Origin: an uncultured Alphaproteobacteria bacterium
Lineage (GTDB): Bacteria; Pseudomonadota; Alphaproteobacteria; Rhizobiales; Xanthobacteraceae
NCBI GenBank assembly: GCA_963755305.1
Contig: CAVWJL010000011.1
Span: 14,034 to 78,033 of the forward strand
DNA length: 64,000 nucleotides
Direction of reading: 5' to 3'
In this document: positions 39,052 through 49,495 of the stretch, one piece after another
Position numbering within the stretch: the first letter of the stretch is position 1
Layout: every line of letters begins with the position of its first letter
Made by a program: the position numbers and the translations under genes
The notes under the pieces: generated by a model
Databases searched by the model: none
Told to the model about the DNA's origin: nothing
Seen by the model: the letters and a program-made list of their open reading frames with translations, nothing else

Positions 39052-40167
39052 ATGTATGCTCGTGTGCATTTTTTCTTTGCCCTCACGGCAGCATTGTTAA
39101 CTTCGCCCGCTCATGCGGAGCGTACGACGCCGTGGAACACCTGCACCGGCGAGTCGGATGTCGAACAGAAACTCAAGAGCTGCACCGCGATCATCAATTC
39201 GAAAAAGGAGACGCGGGCCAGACTTGCAATCGCCTACAACAACCGCGGCAAGGCCTGGAACAAAAAGGGCGAGTTCGCCCGTGCCATCGCCGACTACACG
39301 GAGGCGATCCGGCTCGATCCGAGCCTGGCCGACGCCTATTTTAACCGCGGCGTCGCCTATTACTACAACCAGGAGCTAAGCGGCGCCATCGCTGATTTCT
39401 CGGACGCGATCCGGCTCGATCCCAATCACGCCGAGGCGTATTTCTACCGCGCCATGGCTTGGCACTTCAAAAACGACATTGACCGTGCCATCGCCGATGT
39501 CACGGAGGCGATCCGGATCGCGCCGAATTGGCCGGATGCGTATACGTACCGCGGTGACATTTGGTACCAAAAGCGCGAGTTCGACCGCGCCATCGCGGAC
39601 TATTCGGAAGCGATCCGACTCGACCCAAAAAACGCTGATGTTTATCGCGATCGGGGGAAGGTCTGGTTTGACAAGGACGAGTTCGCCCGTGCCATCGCCG
39701 ACTACACGGAGGCGATCCGGCTCGCACCGGACAATGGCGACCACCACGCCGATCGGGGTTTTGCCCATTTCTGCCTGGGCGACTTTCCCGCGTCGGCGGC
39801 CGATCTTAAACATGCCCTCGAAGTGAAGCTTGGTGGCTTCAAGAAGTTGCACGTTGCGTTGTTCCGCTTTATCGCACGCACCCGCGCCGGTCAGGACGCG
39901 ACGCCGGAGCTGGCAGCGTATTATGCGGGGTTCAAGTTGCCCGACCCCGTCTTCGAACTCTATCTCGGCCGCAGCGCGCCAGAGGCTGCGCTCGACAGGC
40001 CTCGCGACCACTGTGAAGCGGAGTTTTACGTCGGGCAGTGGCACCTCATTCGCGGCAGCCGCGACCAGGCGCGGACACATTTGCAGTCGGCGGCCGTCGA
40101 CGGATGCAGCGTCGTTGTGCCCCACCATGCGGCCGCTGTCGCTGAGTTGAAGCGAATGACGCCGTGA
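39052..40167 (+). CDS. Secreted TPR-repeat protein
   Basis: The signal peptide is MYARVHFFFALTAALLTSPAHA. Six or more 34-aa units follow the form A(I/Y)xxRGxxWxxKxEFxRAIADYTEAIRLDPxxADAY. Confidence 0.8.
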   Translation: MYARVHFFFALTAALLTSPAHAERTTPWNTCTGESDVEQKLKSCTAIINSKKETRARLAIAYNNRGKAWNKKGEFARAIADYTEAIRLDPSLADAYFNRGVAYYYNQELSGAIADFSDAIRLDPNHAEAYFYRAMAWHFKNDIDRAIADVTEAIRIAPNWPDAYTYRGDIWYQKREFDRAIADYSEAIRLDPKNADVYRDRGKVWFDKDEFARAIADYTEAIRLAPDNGDHHADRGFAHFCLGDFPASAADLKHALEVKLGGFKKLHVALFRFIARTRAGQDATPELAAYYAGFKLPDPVFELYLGRSAPEAALDRPRDHCEAEFYVGQWHLIRGSRDQARTHLQSAAVDGCSVVVPHHAAAVAELKRMTP

Positions 40168-40219
40168 GACAGCATCATCATCGGTTGCGTTGTCAAATGC
40201 GGGCAACGGAGAGGTTAAC

Positions 40220-41194
40220 ATGCGGCGGCGCGATCTCTTCAAAGTCATTGCTGCATCAGCAGCCGCGTGGCCAGTCACTGCCGGTGCGCAGCAATTACTC
40301 TCCCCCGGCCGCTTGATCCGCACCTTCACAGGGCATTCGGACCTTGTCAGCTCTGTCGCGTTCTCGCCGGATGGCCGCACCGCGCTGTCAGGCAGCGAAG
40401 ACAGGACGCTCAAGCTGTGGGAGGTGGCGACCGGCAAGGGACTCCGCACTTTCAGTGGGCATACGAAGCCAGTGCTTTCGGTCGCATTCTCACCCGATGG
40501 CCGCACGGCGCTGTCAGGCAGCAAAGACAAGACCTTCAGGCAGTGGGAGGTGAGTACAGGCAAGACATTGCGAACCTTCACGGGGCATTCGGAATTTGTC
40601 AGGTCCGTCGCGTTCTCGCCGGATGGCCGCACCGCGCTATCAGGCAGCGAAGACAGAACGATCAAGCTGTGGGACGTGGCGACGGGCAGCGAGTTGCGCA
40701 CCTTCGGGGAGCACGAGGGATCGGTCACTTCGATTGCATTTTCGCCCGATGGCCGCGCCGCGCTGTCAGGCAGCGAAGACAGGACGCTCAAGCTGTGGGA
40801 GGTCGCGACCGGCGAGGAACTCCGCACTTTCAGAGGACATAGGGAGGAGGTGTTTTCGGTCGTATTCTCACCCGATGGGCGCACCGCGCTGTCGGGCGCT
40901 CTCGACCGGACGATCAGACTATGGGAGCTGGCGACCGGCAACGAACTCCGCACTTTCAGGGAGGACGCGGAGTGGATCACTTCGGTCGTATTTTCACCCG
41001 ACGGCCGTACCGCGCTGTCCTGCGCCCTCCGCACGACGTTTAGGCTGTGGGAGGTAGCGACTGGCAAAGACCTGCACATCTTCCGAGGACATACTGACTC
41101 AGTCTGGTCGGCCAAATTCTCACCCGATGGGCGCACGGCTCTGTCCGGCAGCGTCGACAAGACGCTCAAGCTGTGGGACTTGACCGCGCTGTGA
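40220..41194 (+). CDS. WD40 beta-propeller protein with a twin-arginine signal
   Basis: The ATG at 40220 is preceded by [30 protein letters not shown] is a Tat motif. Seven near-identical 42-aa WD units follow ([41 protein letters not shown]). Confidence 0.85.
   Translation: [324 protein letters not shown]
40310..41190 (+). repeat. Seven tandem 126-bp coding repeats (highly internally conserved WD40 units)
   Basis: The repeat is visible at the nucleotide level, e.g. GCGTTCTCGCCGGATGGCCGCACCGCGCT(G/A)TCAGGCAGCGAAGACAG recurs. These repeats generate the long spurious antisense ORF at 39376-41415. Confidence 0.9.
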
Positions 41195-41641
41195 AGCGGT
41201 GTGTCGGAAAAGTCGCTCTTGGGCCCATCGCGACATTTCGCGGCGTCGCAGCAATTCGATCGCTTTCGGAGCGAGCGGACATCAGCGGCGGTTTGCAGCA
41301 CCGGGGTTATGAGTACGCGCCCCAGTAACGCGCCTTGTGATTTGGCAAACCCGATTGCATGATCCGCAAGTTCATCAGGGACCTGGTATTGCGGTCTGCC
41401 GGAACACCCGCGCACTTCTCACGACATCTGACAGTGCCAGCCAACCCCAACTCTCTGGGCGATGGCTGAGTGCTGTGAGCGGCACAGACACACTCCGTTT
41501 GCTTTATTGCGCGAGGGTTCCCGCAGGGCTCCGTGTTCGCGCGCGATCTGCGTGAGCCTACTACGGTCACCCTTGTCGATCCGACGGCGCCGGCGCTACC
41601 GCATTCAAGCGCAGCATAGTTAACCGATTTGGCGGTGCCCT

Positions 41642-44062
41642 CTAGGGCATTAACGTGCGGACGACTTCCACATGACGTCCGACCCACAACTCTCCACCGG
41701 AGTGATTTTTGTGTCGCCATGCCGAGGAACCAAGCGACTTGGCAGCATGCCGCAAAAGGTAGGTTCCCACTTCGTCGAACCGTATTGCCCTTGAGAACAA
41801 GAAGCCCTGTACGATATCGCAATCGAGCTCGCGTAGCATTGCGAGTTGCGCTTCGTCCTCGACGCCTTCCGCCACTACCGCTTTTCCAAGACTGTGGGAC
41901 AGACGCACGATGGCGTCGATGATCGATCGACTTTCTGGGTCCGTCATGATGCTCCCAACAAATGACCGGTCGATCTTGATTTTCGTAACCGGCAGCAATT
42001 TAAGGTGGGCAAGGGAGGCAAAACCAGTACCGAAATCATCAAGCGAAATCAAAACTCCGTAACCGGCCAAAATATTCAGATTGCGTTTAATCGTGACAAT
42101 ATTGTCATCAAGCGCGGCTGTTTCGGTTACCTCAATCTCTAAGTTTCCGGGATTGATGCCATTTTCTTGCAGCATTGCGATCACACGTTCAGCATAGTCC
42201 TCTGCGCGAAGATCGACATTCGTCACGTTGATTGCGATCCTGTTCACATTCAGTCCGGCCGCAAGCCATGCTTTCATATCGGAGATGACCTTCTCCATCA
42301 TGCGCCAGCCGAATTCGCGCCCTACTTCCATATCTTCGAGCGCGGACATGAACTCCGCCGGCATGCATTGGCGCCCATCGTCCAGCACGATGCGGGAGAG
42401 GGCTTCAAATCCAACGACCTCGCCAGTCTCAACGGCGATCTCGGGCTGATAGAATGGAGTGACCCGGTCCATTTCTATTGCGGACCGCAATGTCTCAAGC
42501 ACCAGAAACCTGTTCTCGACCTCGATCTGCATGGCCGGCTCGAACACCACAACGCGATTGCGGCCGGATTGTTTTGCGCGATAGAGCGCGAGATCGGCTG
42601 CGCGAAAAACGCCACTCCAATTTGTCGCATGATCAGGGAAGCAAGCGATCCCGACGCTCGCGGATATTTCGATGGCATGACCCCGATAGTCCACTTTTCG
42701 TCGCATGGCGCGCAGGATACGAACACCTGTCGCTTCGGCCTCTTGTCGCGTTGGCATGTCGCGCAAAACAACCGCAAATTCGTCGCCGCCGAGTCGGGCA
42801 ACAACCTGGGCTCTACGTGACATTCTCTGGATTCGTTTGGCGGCGGTACGTAGTACGAGGTCGCCAGCTTCGTGGCCAAGCGTGTCATTGATGAATTTGA
42901 AATTGTCGAGATCAATCAACAGCGCTGCAAATCGTTGGCTGCGAGTAGTGTGCGGTTCTGCGATGATCGCACTTACCACTTCGTGCAACCTGTTCCGGTT
43001 TGGCAGCTTGGTCAGCAAATCATAGTTGGCAGCCTCCCAAAGGTTGTCCCTAGCGCGCAGCAGTCGAATTTGGCGCCTCACGATCATTGTAGAGAAGATC
43101 AGGACAAGACAACTCACGAAAGTCGCCACGCTGTAATGAATCATCCGTCGCTGGCCCGCGCCTGCCAGCACTTCGGCTCGGGCGAAGCCTACCGCGACGA
43201 CGAGCGGATATCCCTTGACACGGCGATAGCTCGAAATGCGTGAGACACCGTCTCGCCGCCCATCGGTGAGGAATGAACCGGAACTCGCCAGCGCGAGCTG
43301 CCGAAATAGCGCGCCCGACGTAATTGACTGGCCAATGGTTCGATCACCGGAAGACACCCGAGCGCGGACGATTCCATCCAATCCAGCCAGCAACACCATG
43401 CCCTTCTTACGAACGTCAATCGATCCGTAGAAATTGGCCAGGTAGTATGGGTCAATCGCCACCAGGATAACGCCGGAAAATGTACCGTCAGCAGCGATGA
43501 TGCGGCGGCTCAGTTGAATGGACCACTTGCCACTGACCCGCCCGAACACTGGTTTGCTGATGAACAGTTCGTCCCCATCAGTATCGATGTGCACACGGAA
43601 ATGCTCGCGATCGCTCAGGTCCATTGGGGCCTTCGGCATTCCGAGAGTGGTAGCTGCCAGCATTCCTTCCTTGTTGATGATCACAATTTGAAGCGATACG
43701 TCAGCCACGAACTTCTGGACATGGGCCCATTGCATCAGATCGAACCGATCTGGGTCTGCCGCGAAGGATGCACGGGCGAAAAGCAAGATCTGATCGTGTG
43801 CCTGGATCAATCGAATGATGTTCTCTTCAAAGACGAGTGCAAGGTTAGCAGTGTCGTTGTAAGCAGCAGCCTCGGTCCGTCGGGCGTCTTCGCTGGCCAT
43901 ATACCATGCGCCAGACCATATTATTCCGACCGCGAATCCTGCGAGGAAGATGCTGCCCCGAGCGCCGGTATTGAATGCTCGCTTTGTGAAGCTGATAAAG
44001 CCGGCAGCGCCGGCGCGAACCCGTTGAATAAATGTTTCCAACCACAGATGAATCTGACGCAT
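41642..44062 (-). CDS. Membrane sensor diguanylate cyclase/phosphodiesterase (Cache-like periplasmic domain + GGDEF + EAL)
   Basis: This is an 806-aa ORF with two TM segments flanking a ~280-aa periplasmic domain. The GGDEF domain has RLGGDEFAVVL. The EAL domain has FYQPEI, EALSRI, EVTETA, DDFGTGFASLAHLK and AEGVE...QGFLFS. Confidence 0.9.
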   Translation of the reverse strand: MRQIHLWLETFIQRVRAGAAGFISFTKRAFNTGARGSIFLAGFAVGIIWSGAWYMASEDARRTEAAAYNDTANLALVFEENIIRLIQAHDQILLFARASFAADPDRFDLMQWAHVQKFVADVSLQIVIINKEGMLAATTLGMPKAPMDLSDREHFRVHIDTDGDELFISKPVFGRVSGKWSIQLSRRIIAADGTFSGVILVAIDPYYLANFYGSIDVRKKGMVLLAGLDGIVRARVSSGDRTIGQSITSGALFRQLALASSGSFLTDGRRDGVSRISSYRRVKGYPLVVAVGFARAEVLAGAGQRRMIHYSVATFVSCLVLIFSTMIVRRQIRLLRARDNLWEAANYDLLTKLPNRNRLHEVVSAIIAEPHTTRSQRFAALLIDLDNFKFINDTLGHEAGDLVLRTAAKRIQRMSRRAQVVARLGGDEFAVVLRDMPTRQEAEATGVRILRAMRRKVDYRGHAIEISASVGIACFPDHATNWSGVFRAADLALYRAKQSGRNRVVVFEPAMQIEVENRFLVLETLRSAIEMDRVTPFYQPEIAVETGEVVGFEALSRIVLDDGRQCMPAEFMSALEDMEVGREFGWRMMEKVISDMKAWLAAGLNVNRIAINVTNVDLRAEDYAERVIAMLQENGINPGNLEIEVTETAALDDNIVTIKRNLNILAGYGVLISLDDFGTGFASLAHLKLLPVTKIKIDRSFVGSIMTDPESRSIIDAIVRLSHSLGKAVVAEGVEDEAQLAMLRELDCDIVQGFLFSRAIRFDEVGTYLLRHAAKSLGSSAWRHKNHSGGELWVGRHVEVVRTLMP

Positions 44063-44362
44063 ATGGTGACGGTTAACATATGGACCATTACGGAAGCCTT
44101 TGAATTGTTCCAGTGTTTTGCCCTGGCAGATGAATTACATTAATGTGGGGTAAAGGCTTGCGGGGTGAAGGCTTGATTGAAATAAGGTTGGTGAGATGGA
44201 AATGGAGGGCCGGCAGGGGGCGCACAACGCCGGGCCAAAGTTCTTGGTGCACGTTTCGCGAGCAGTGAGATGCAACATAACCGTAGGGAGCGACGCCGTT
44301 GCTGGCCCCCAGCAGGAACTCGACTGAACCCATCGCGTTGTGCTTAAAGATCTGTCTGAAAC

Positions 44363-44661
44363 CTAAGTGAAGACTGCGGCGGCGGATTGATGCTTGATCG
44401 GGCCGTCCGTAACGAGAAAACGAATACCGATCATTTTTTTATCTCGCCACACGACCTGGCAGCGTCGACGCATTCCCCCTTTCTTGACAACACCAACACG
44501 AATTCATCCGGAATTTCAGGTACCTCGTTCAGCTGCAACCGCGCGCCGCTGGCGGACACATCCATCATCAGGCATGGGTACAAAATCGAACCGTCACCGT
44601 GGAAAATTCTTGCGAACTGGCCCACATGCCTGCGACGGCTTTGTCGTCTATCCTTGCTCAT
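44363..44661 (-). pseudogene. PilZ-domain protein with a 1-nt frameshift near 44445 (or an assembly indel)
   Basis: MSKDRRQSRRRHVGQFARIFHGDGSILYPCLMMDVSASGARLQL...FVLVLSRKG is in one frame. The expected continuation RCQVVWRDKKMIGIRFL...stop is in the adjacent frame and ends at 44363. Confidence 0.65.
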
Positions 44662-44807
44662 CTGAGCGCACCTTGGTGAAGGTTCCCGCAAGCGCGAAAT
44701 ACATCAAGGGGCCCGGCTAGATGCTGGGCCCTTCTCTTTCGGCGCTCTCTTACCTTTTGATTTGATGCGTCCGCTCCTTACCCAATTCGTGGGCATTTTT
44801 CTTAACA

Positions 44808-45935
44808 TTACAAATGTCCGCTAGGGGCTCGCGTTCGGAGCTTCGCCTTCTTTTCCGGCCGTTCCCGTGCCTGATAGAAGTGAAGAATTTCTCGAGCCGT
44901 TGCGGGCCTAAGCCGCTCGAAATTCGCGAGGCATCGCGCAATCTCGCCTTGCGACATTTTGCGATCTGTTGCGCGGAATAACAGTATTCCCTTTACCGTG
45001 GACCACGTCAGCCCGATCGCACGAGCGACAACCAGCACTGACTCTGCGGGCCCTTGTCTAACCATTCGTTCGACGGAATGAAGCGGCAGTTGGCACATTG
45101 TTGCGAGCGCGGTTATTGTGTCATCAGACTGACCGTTCTCAGCCATAGCTCCTAATGCGTTGTCGTTGAGCTTACTTGAGCGATGTAGCGCTCCGACCGG
45201 CGCCACCACGCCGGGATGGTCGGGCGTTTTGGTGAAGGCTTCTGCCTCAATCCGGTTGGTGACCTCGTCAACGACTTGATTAACGGCGCGCCGCGCGTGC
45301 GGGTGCTCGGCCTCGAGCTTTGCTCGGACGTGTTGAGATGCCCACGCAAGCAGCTTACGGAACAAATGCTGCGGAATATCTGGCCGCGATCCAACACAAG
45401 CCGAAAGGCTATCGTCGCCATTTGAGCGCCGCACAAGTATCTCAAATCCTGCGCCTGAGAACTTTGCGCCTCGGTTTCCGACCGTACTCAGTACGACTTG
45501 TTGATCCCCGCGCGCGACTAGGACGTCGGTGATCGCCTCGCTCACAACCCGTCGGCGCGAGATTGCGAGGAGGTGATCTTGCCCCATCCGCTTCGCATTT
45601 TCGACAAGCGTTGGCTCATCGAGCACTGCGGAATGGATAAGAATAGGACGGGCCACTTCAATGGCCTCGTCGAACGCAAGCGCGCGAACAGTTCTGGGCG
45701 GCGCGTGTGGAATAGGTGCCAAGCGGATCGCGAGCAACGCCCGTGCGGAAATCTCGATCTGCACCGCTAGTCGATTGAAGATGTCATCGAATAAATCGAT
45801 CTCTTCGTCCGAATACTGATTCGACCCGACGATAAAGAGGTCCGTCACACGTCGCAGCAACATCGCGGAGCGATCAACCGACCCGGTCACGATTGCGACT
45901 TCGACGTCCTTGATGGACTTGAGTTCGGCAGTCAC
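44808..45935 (-). CDS. DUF2336-domain protein
   Basis: This is a 375-aa ORF. LLRRVTDLFIVGSNQYSDEEIDLFDDIFNRLAVQIEISARALLAIRLAPIPHAPP...VARPILIHSAVLDEPTLVENAKRMGQDHLLAISRR is the pattern I associate with DUF2336 of Rhizobiales. Confidence 0.7.
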   Translation of the reverse strand: MTAELKSIKDVEVAIVTGSVDRSAMLLRRVTDLFIVGSNQYSDEEIDLFDDIFNRLAVQIEISARALLAIRLAPIPHAPPRTVRALAFDEAIEVARPILIHSAVLDEPTLVENAKRMGQDHLLAISRRRVVSEAITDVLVARGDQQVVLSTVGNRGAKFSGAGFEILVRRSNGDDSLSACVGSRPDIPQHLFRKLLAWASQHVRAKLEAEHPHARRAVNQVVDEVTNRIEAEAFTKTPDHPGVVAPVGALHRSSKLNDNALGAMAENGQSDDTITALATMCQLPLHSVERMVRQGPAESVLVVARAIGLTWSTVKGILLFRATDRKMSQGEIARCLANFERLRPATAREILHFYQARERPEKKAKLRTRAPSGHL

Positions 45936-46248
45936 AGCAGGCCGCCCAGTCCACTGGATTGAGTGCTTGCGCGTATGACACGAACGGTGCCGAGACTTGG
46001 GTTATTGCCGGCAGCCTCCCCGCGCTGGATTAACGTAGAATCTTGTGCCGCCGCTCGATCGCATTCTGCCCACCCCAGCAACCGGGCCGTTCCTTGCCCG
46101 TCCCGCCGCCATGATCAAGCTTCCGCGTAAACTTCAGGTTGAGATTTGATTAATGATTTCTCGCTTGAACGGGGCGTCCGGTTCCCAGCGCTCGATCGGT
46201 CTTGCGCCATTGGGTGCGGGCAATCGACCATGGGCTCAAGGCGTCCGT

Positions 46249-46499
46249 AACAATGAAAGCCCCGGCCGCCTTGCGAACGACCGGAGCTTCCAGAAGGTTG
46301 AGCCGAAGTTGGTGGACGGCTCCCCCACGGCATAACGGGAATGTCTTTCGATAAAGTTGCGCGACGCGAAGAACAGCCACTATTCCTAAAGCCGTGGGGC
46401 GATACTGCGAAGGCGCTGGAATGGTCTGCTCCCGCGTCCGGTTCATCCTGTGCGCTGTCGCTCGGCCCTCAATGAAAGAGGCTCTCCATCGCCGCATTG
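46249..46499 (-). ncRNA. Candidate structured small RNA, paralogue 1 of 3 (family not recognised)
   Basis: This is conserved with 51688-51939 and 58279-58581. The 3' end is a 10-bp hairpin (46259-46268 / 46278-46287). It pairs completely only on the minus strand (2 G-U pairs versus 2 C-A mismatches on plus) and is followed by UUUCAUUGUU. No conserved reading frame exists. The 5' end is unknown. Confidence 0.5.
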
Positions 46500-46637
46500 T
46501 CCTGAACGTTCTAATTTCGCGCGCGTTCTACATTAATCGTCCACGCACCCGAAAAATTGTAGGATCAATTGGGGGCAATGCTTGCGCACCCGAGGCGTAT
46601 TTATTCCTTAGGTGCCAATCCTCCCGAGGATGTCTCG

Positions 46638-49209
46638 ATGAGCACTACTGTTGATGCCGTACTTGACGACCGGCAGCCAAAGGCCAAGGTCTTCATTTCC
46701 TACTCGCGCAAGGATATGGCCTTTGCCGACCAGCTTGAAGCGGCGCTGACGGCGCGCGGTATCGACGCGCTCATAGACCGCAGCGAAATCTATGCCTTCG
46801 AAGACTGGTGGAAACGTATCGAAGTCCTGATCGCGCGAGCAGATACGGTCGTATTCGTGCTCAGTCCCGATGCGGTCGCGTCCGAGGTGGCGCTGAAGGA
46901 GCTTGCCTACGCAACTGCGCTGAACAAGCGCTTCGCGCCGATTGTCTACCGGCGGGTCGATGCCAACGCGGTGCCTGAGGCATTGCGGCGCCTCAATTTC
47001 ATTTTTTTTGATGACGCTGCTCGGACTGACGCCAACGAAAATCAACTTGTCGAAGCTCTGCAGACCGACATCGACTGGATTAGAAGACACACAGAATTCG
47101 GCGAGGTGTCGCGGCGTTGGACAGCGGCCGGTCGCCCACGGGGGCTGCTCCTACGGACGCCGCTCCTGGAAGAGGCCGAGCGATGGATAGCTGTTCGTCC
47201 CGAAAGTGCACCGGCGGCTACGGAAGAAACGCAGATCTTTATTGCAGAAAGTCGGAAGGGTGCGCTGCGCCGGCGGAATATTCTTACCGGAAGCCTAGCG
47301 ACAGGGTTGATGGTCGCTCTCGTCCTTGCCGGGCTCGCCTATTGGCAGCGTGGGATCGCAATAGAGCAGCAAGGAATAGCGCTCGCCGAGCGCGACAAGG
47401 CAACGCACAGCTTCAATCTTGCGCAACAAACCGCCGATAGCCTGGTGGTCGATATTGCGCGCGGCCTGCGAAATGTGCACGGCATGAGCGCCGAATCGGT
47501 CCGCAAGATTCTTCGAAACCGCAAGGGCGACTTTCGAGCAGCTCGCAGCCTCTGCGCCCGACAATCTCGCTCTGCAGCGAAGCCGCTCTGTAATGCTCGA
47601 CGAATTCGGCGAGACCTTCGAGACGCTCGGCGACCTCGAGGAGGCTCTCAAGGCCTACCGCGACAGCCTCGCCATCAGAAAGCGGCTCGCCGGCACCGAT
47701 CTCAGCAATACACAATGGCAGCGCGATCTGTCGGTGTCGTATGGCAGGATCGGCGAAGCGCTGGTGCGAAGGGGCAAGCTCGAGGAGGCTTTCAAGGCCT
47801 ACCGCGAAAGCCTCGCCATCGCGGAACGTCTCGCCGGCGCCGATCCCAGCAATGCACAATGGCAGCGCGACCTGTCGGTGTCGTATGACAAAATTGGTGA
47901 TGTGCTGGTGCGGCAAGGCAAGCTCGAGGAGGCGGTCAAGAGTTATCGCGCCGGCCTCGGGATCAAGGAGCGCCTGACCGCCGCCGATCGGGGCAACACC
48001 GAGTGGCAGCGCGATCTGTCGTTGTCCTACATCAGCCTCGGCGAAGTTCTGGTAAGGCAAGGCAAGCTCGAGGAGGCGCTTAGGGTCTACAGCGGCAGCC
48101 TCGCCATCAGGGAGCGCCTCGCTGCCGCCGAACCCGGCAATACCGAGTGGCAAAGCGATTTAACGGTCTCGTACAACAACATCGGTGACGTGCTGGTACG
48201 GCAGGGCAAGCTCGAGCGGGCGCTCAAAGCCTTCCGCGACGGCCTCGCGATCGCGGAGCGCCTCGCCGCCGGCGATCGCAGCAATACGCAATGGCAGCGC
48301 GATCTGTCGGTTTCATACGAGAAGGTCGGCAACGTGCTGGTACGGCAGGGTAAGCTGGAGGAAGCGCTCAAGGCCTACCGCGACGGCCTCGCGATCGCCG
48401 AGCGCCTGGCCGTCGTGGATCGCAACAATGCTGAGTGGCAGAACGATCTGGCGCTGTCTTACGAGAAGCTCGGCGACGTGCTGGTACGGCAGGATAAGAT
48501 CGATGAGGCGCTCAAGGCCTATCGTGACAGCCTAACCATCGCCGAGCGCCTTGTCGCCGCCGATCCCAGCAATAGCGAGGCACAGCGCGATTTGTCGGTG
48601 TCGTATAACAAGATCGGCGACGTGCTGGTACGGCAGGGCAATCTAGACGAGGCGTTCAAGGTGTATCGCGACAGCCTCGCTATCAGGGAGCGCCTCGCCG
48701 TCGCCGATCGCAGCAACGCCGAGTGGCAGCGCGATCTGTCGGTGTCGTACGGGAAGCTCGGTGATGTGTTGGTGGCGCAAGGCAAGCTGGAGGACGCGCT
48801 CAAAGCCTACCGCGACGGCCTCGCCATTGCACTGCAACTCGCCGCGACCGACCGTAGCAATGCCGAGTGGCGAAATGACCTTCAGATCAGCATCGGCAGG
48901 GTCGGCAGTATGGCTTACCGCTTTGTCCTGGGGAATGATTTCGCGAAAGCTCTTGAAGTCGCGGACCAAGCCATCTCCCTCGCGCCCGACGCGGTATGGC
49001 TCTACACCAACCGCGCCCACGCGCTCATGTTCCTCGGCCGTGGGGGCGAAGCGCGTGCGCTCTATCTTCAGTATCGCGGTGAGAACAATGTGCAGAGTGG
49101 AAGGTCCTGGGACAAGATTATAATCGAGGACTTCGCCAAGATGCGAAAGGCGGGGCTTACACATCCGCTAATGGAAGAGATCGAGACAAGGCTTGCGGCA
49201 GGGGGATGA
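46638..49209 (+). pseudogene. TIR-domain / single-TM / TPR-array protein, split by a 1-nt frameshift near 47510 (or an assembly indel)
   Basis: The TIR domain reads KVFISYSRKDMAFADQLEAALTARGIDALIDRSEI...ADTVVFVLSPDAVASEVALKELAY. A post-TIR helix follows (DIDWIRRHTEFGEVSRRW...LLLRTPLLEEAERW), then a TM segment (ILTGSLATGLMVALVLAGLAYW). ORF 46569-47888 loses homology after SVRKIL. The protein continues in the frame of ORF 47593-49209 (ETARATFEQLAASAPDNLALQRSRSVMLDEFGE...) with ~9 TPR-like 48-aa units. Confidence 0.8.
47590..48900 (+). repeat. ~9 tandem 144-bp coding repeats (48-aa TPR-pair units, highly internally conserved)
   Basis: The unit is SN(T/A)(E/Q)WQRDLSVSYxKIGDVLVRQGKLEEALKAYRDSLAIAERLAAADP. 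Nine copies of the WQRDL(S/A)(V/L)SY core can be counted in the ORF translation. Confidence 0.9.
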
Positions 49210-49495
49210 AAGCGGCCCGTAGTAAGCCAGCAAGGCAATCGGGTCGCTCGTACTCGCCGGCGAAAGAGGCGCCCTCCCCGAAATGAGCGCTTCGACCCAC
49301 TGTTGTAAATCAGCGCGCTTGAGTGATCTTTTTCGGCGCCAACGCGTGACCCCTGCATGGCGTTTGAATTGAGGGCTGTGACAAAGGGATGCTAGACTAG
49401 ACGCATATCGGGTCTATGTTGGCCGGCCTCAAGTCTGATCCCACGCCGGTCCACACCTCGAGCGCCGGCTCGATGACATCGCTATGCCCAGCAAA

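Noticed and set aside
39376-41415. 679-aa ORF on the minus strand
   Set aside because: It is antisense to the TPR and WD40 genes. Its translation is a low-complexity echo of the WD40 repeats (SAVRPSGENA... repeated), with no start context. It is a GC-rich, repeat-driven artefact.
46505-46529. EcfG-like promoter (aGAAC-N16-CGTT on the minus strand) just upstream of RNA paralogue 1
   Set aside because: The motif is imperfect, and no equivalent is present upstream of paralogues 2 and 3, so it cannot be called a conserved promoter.
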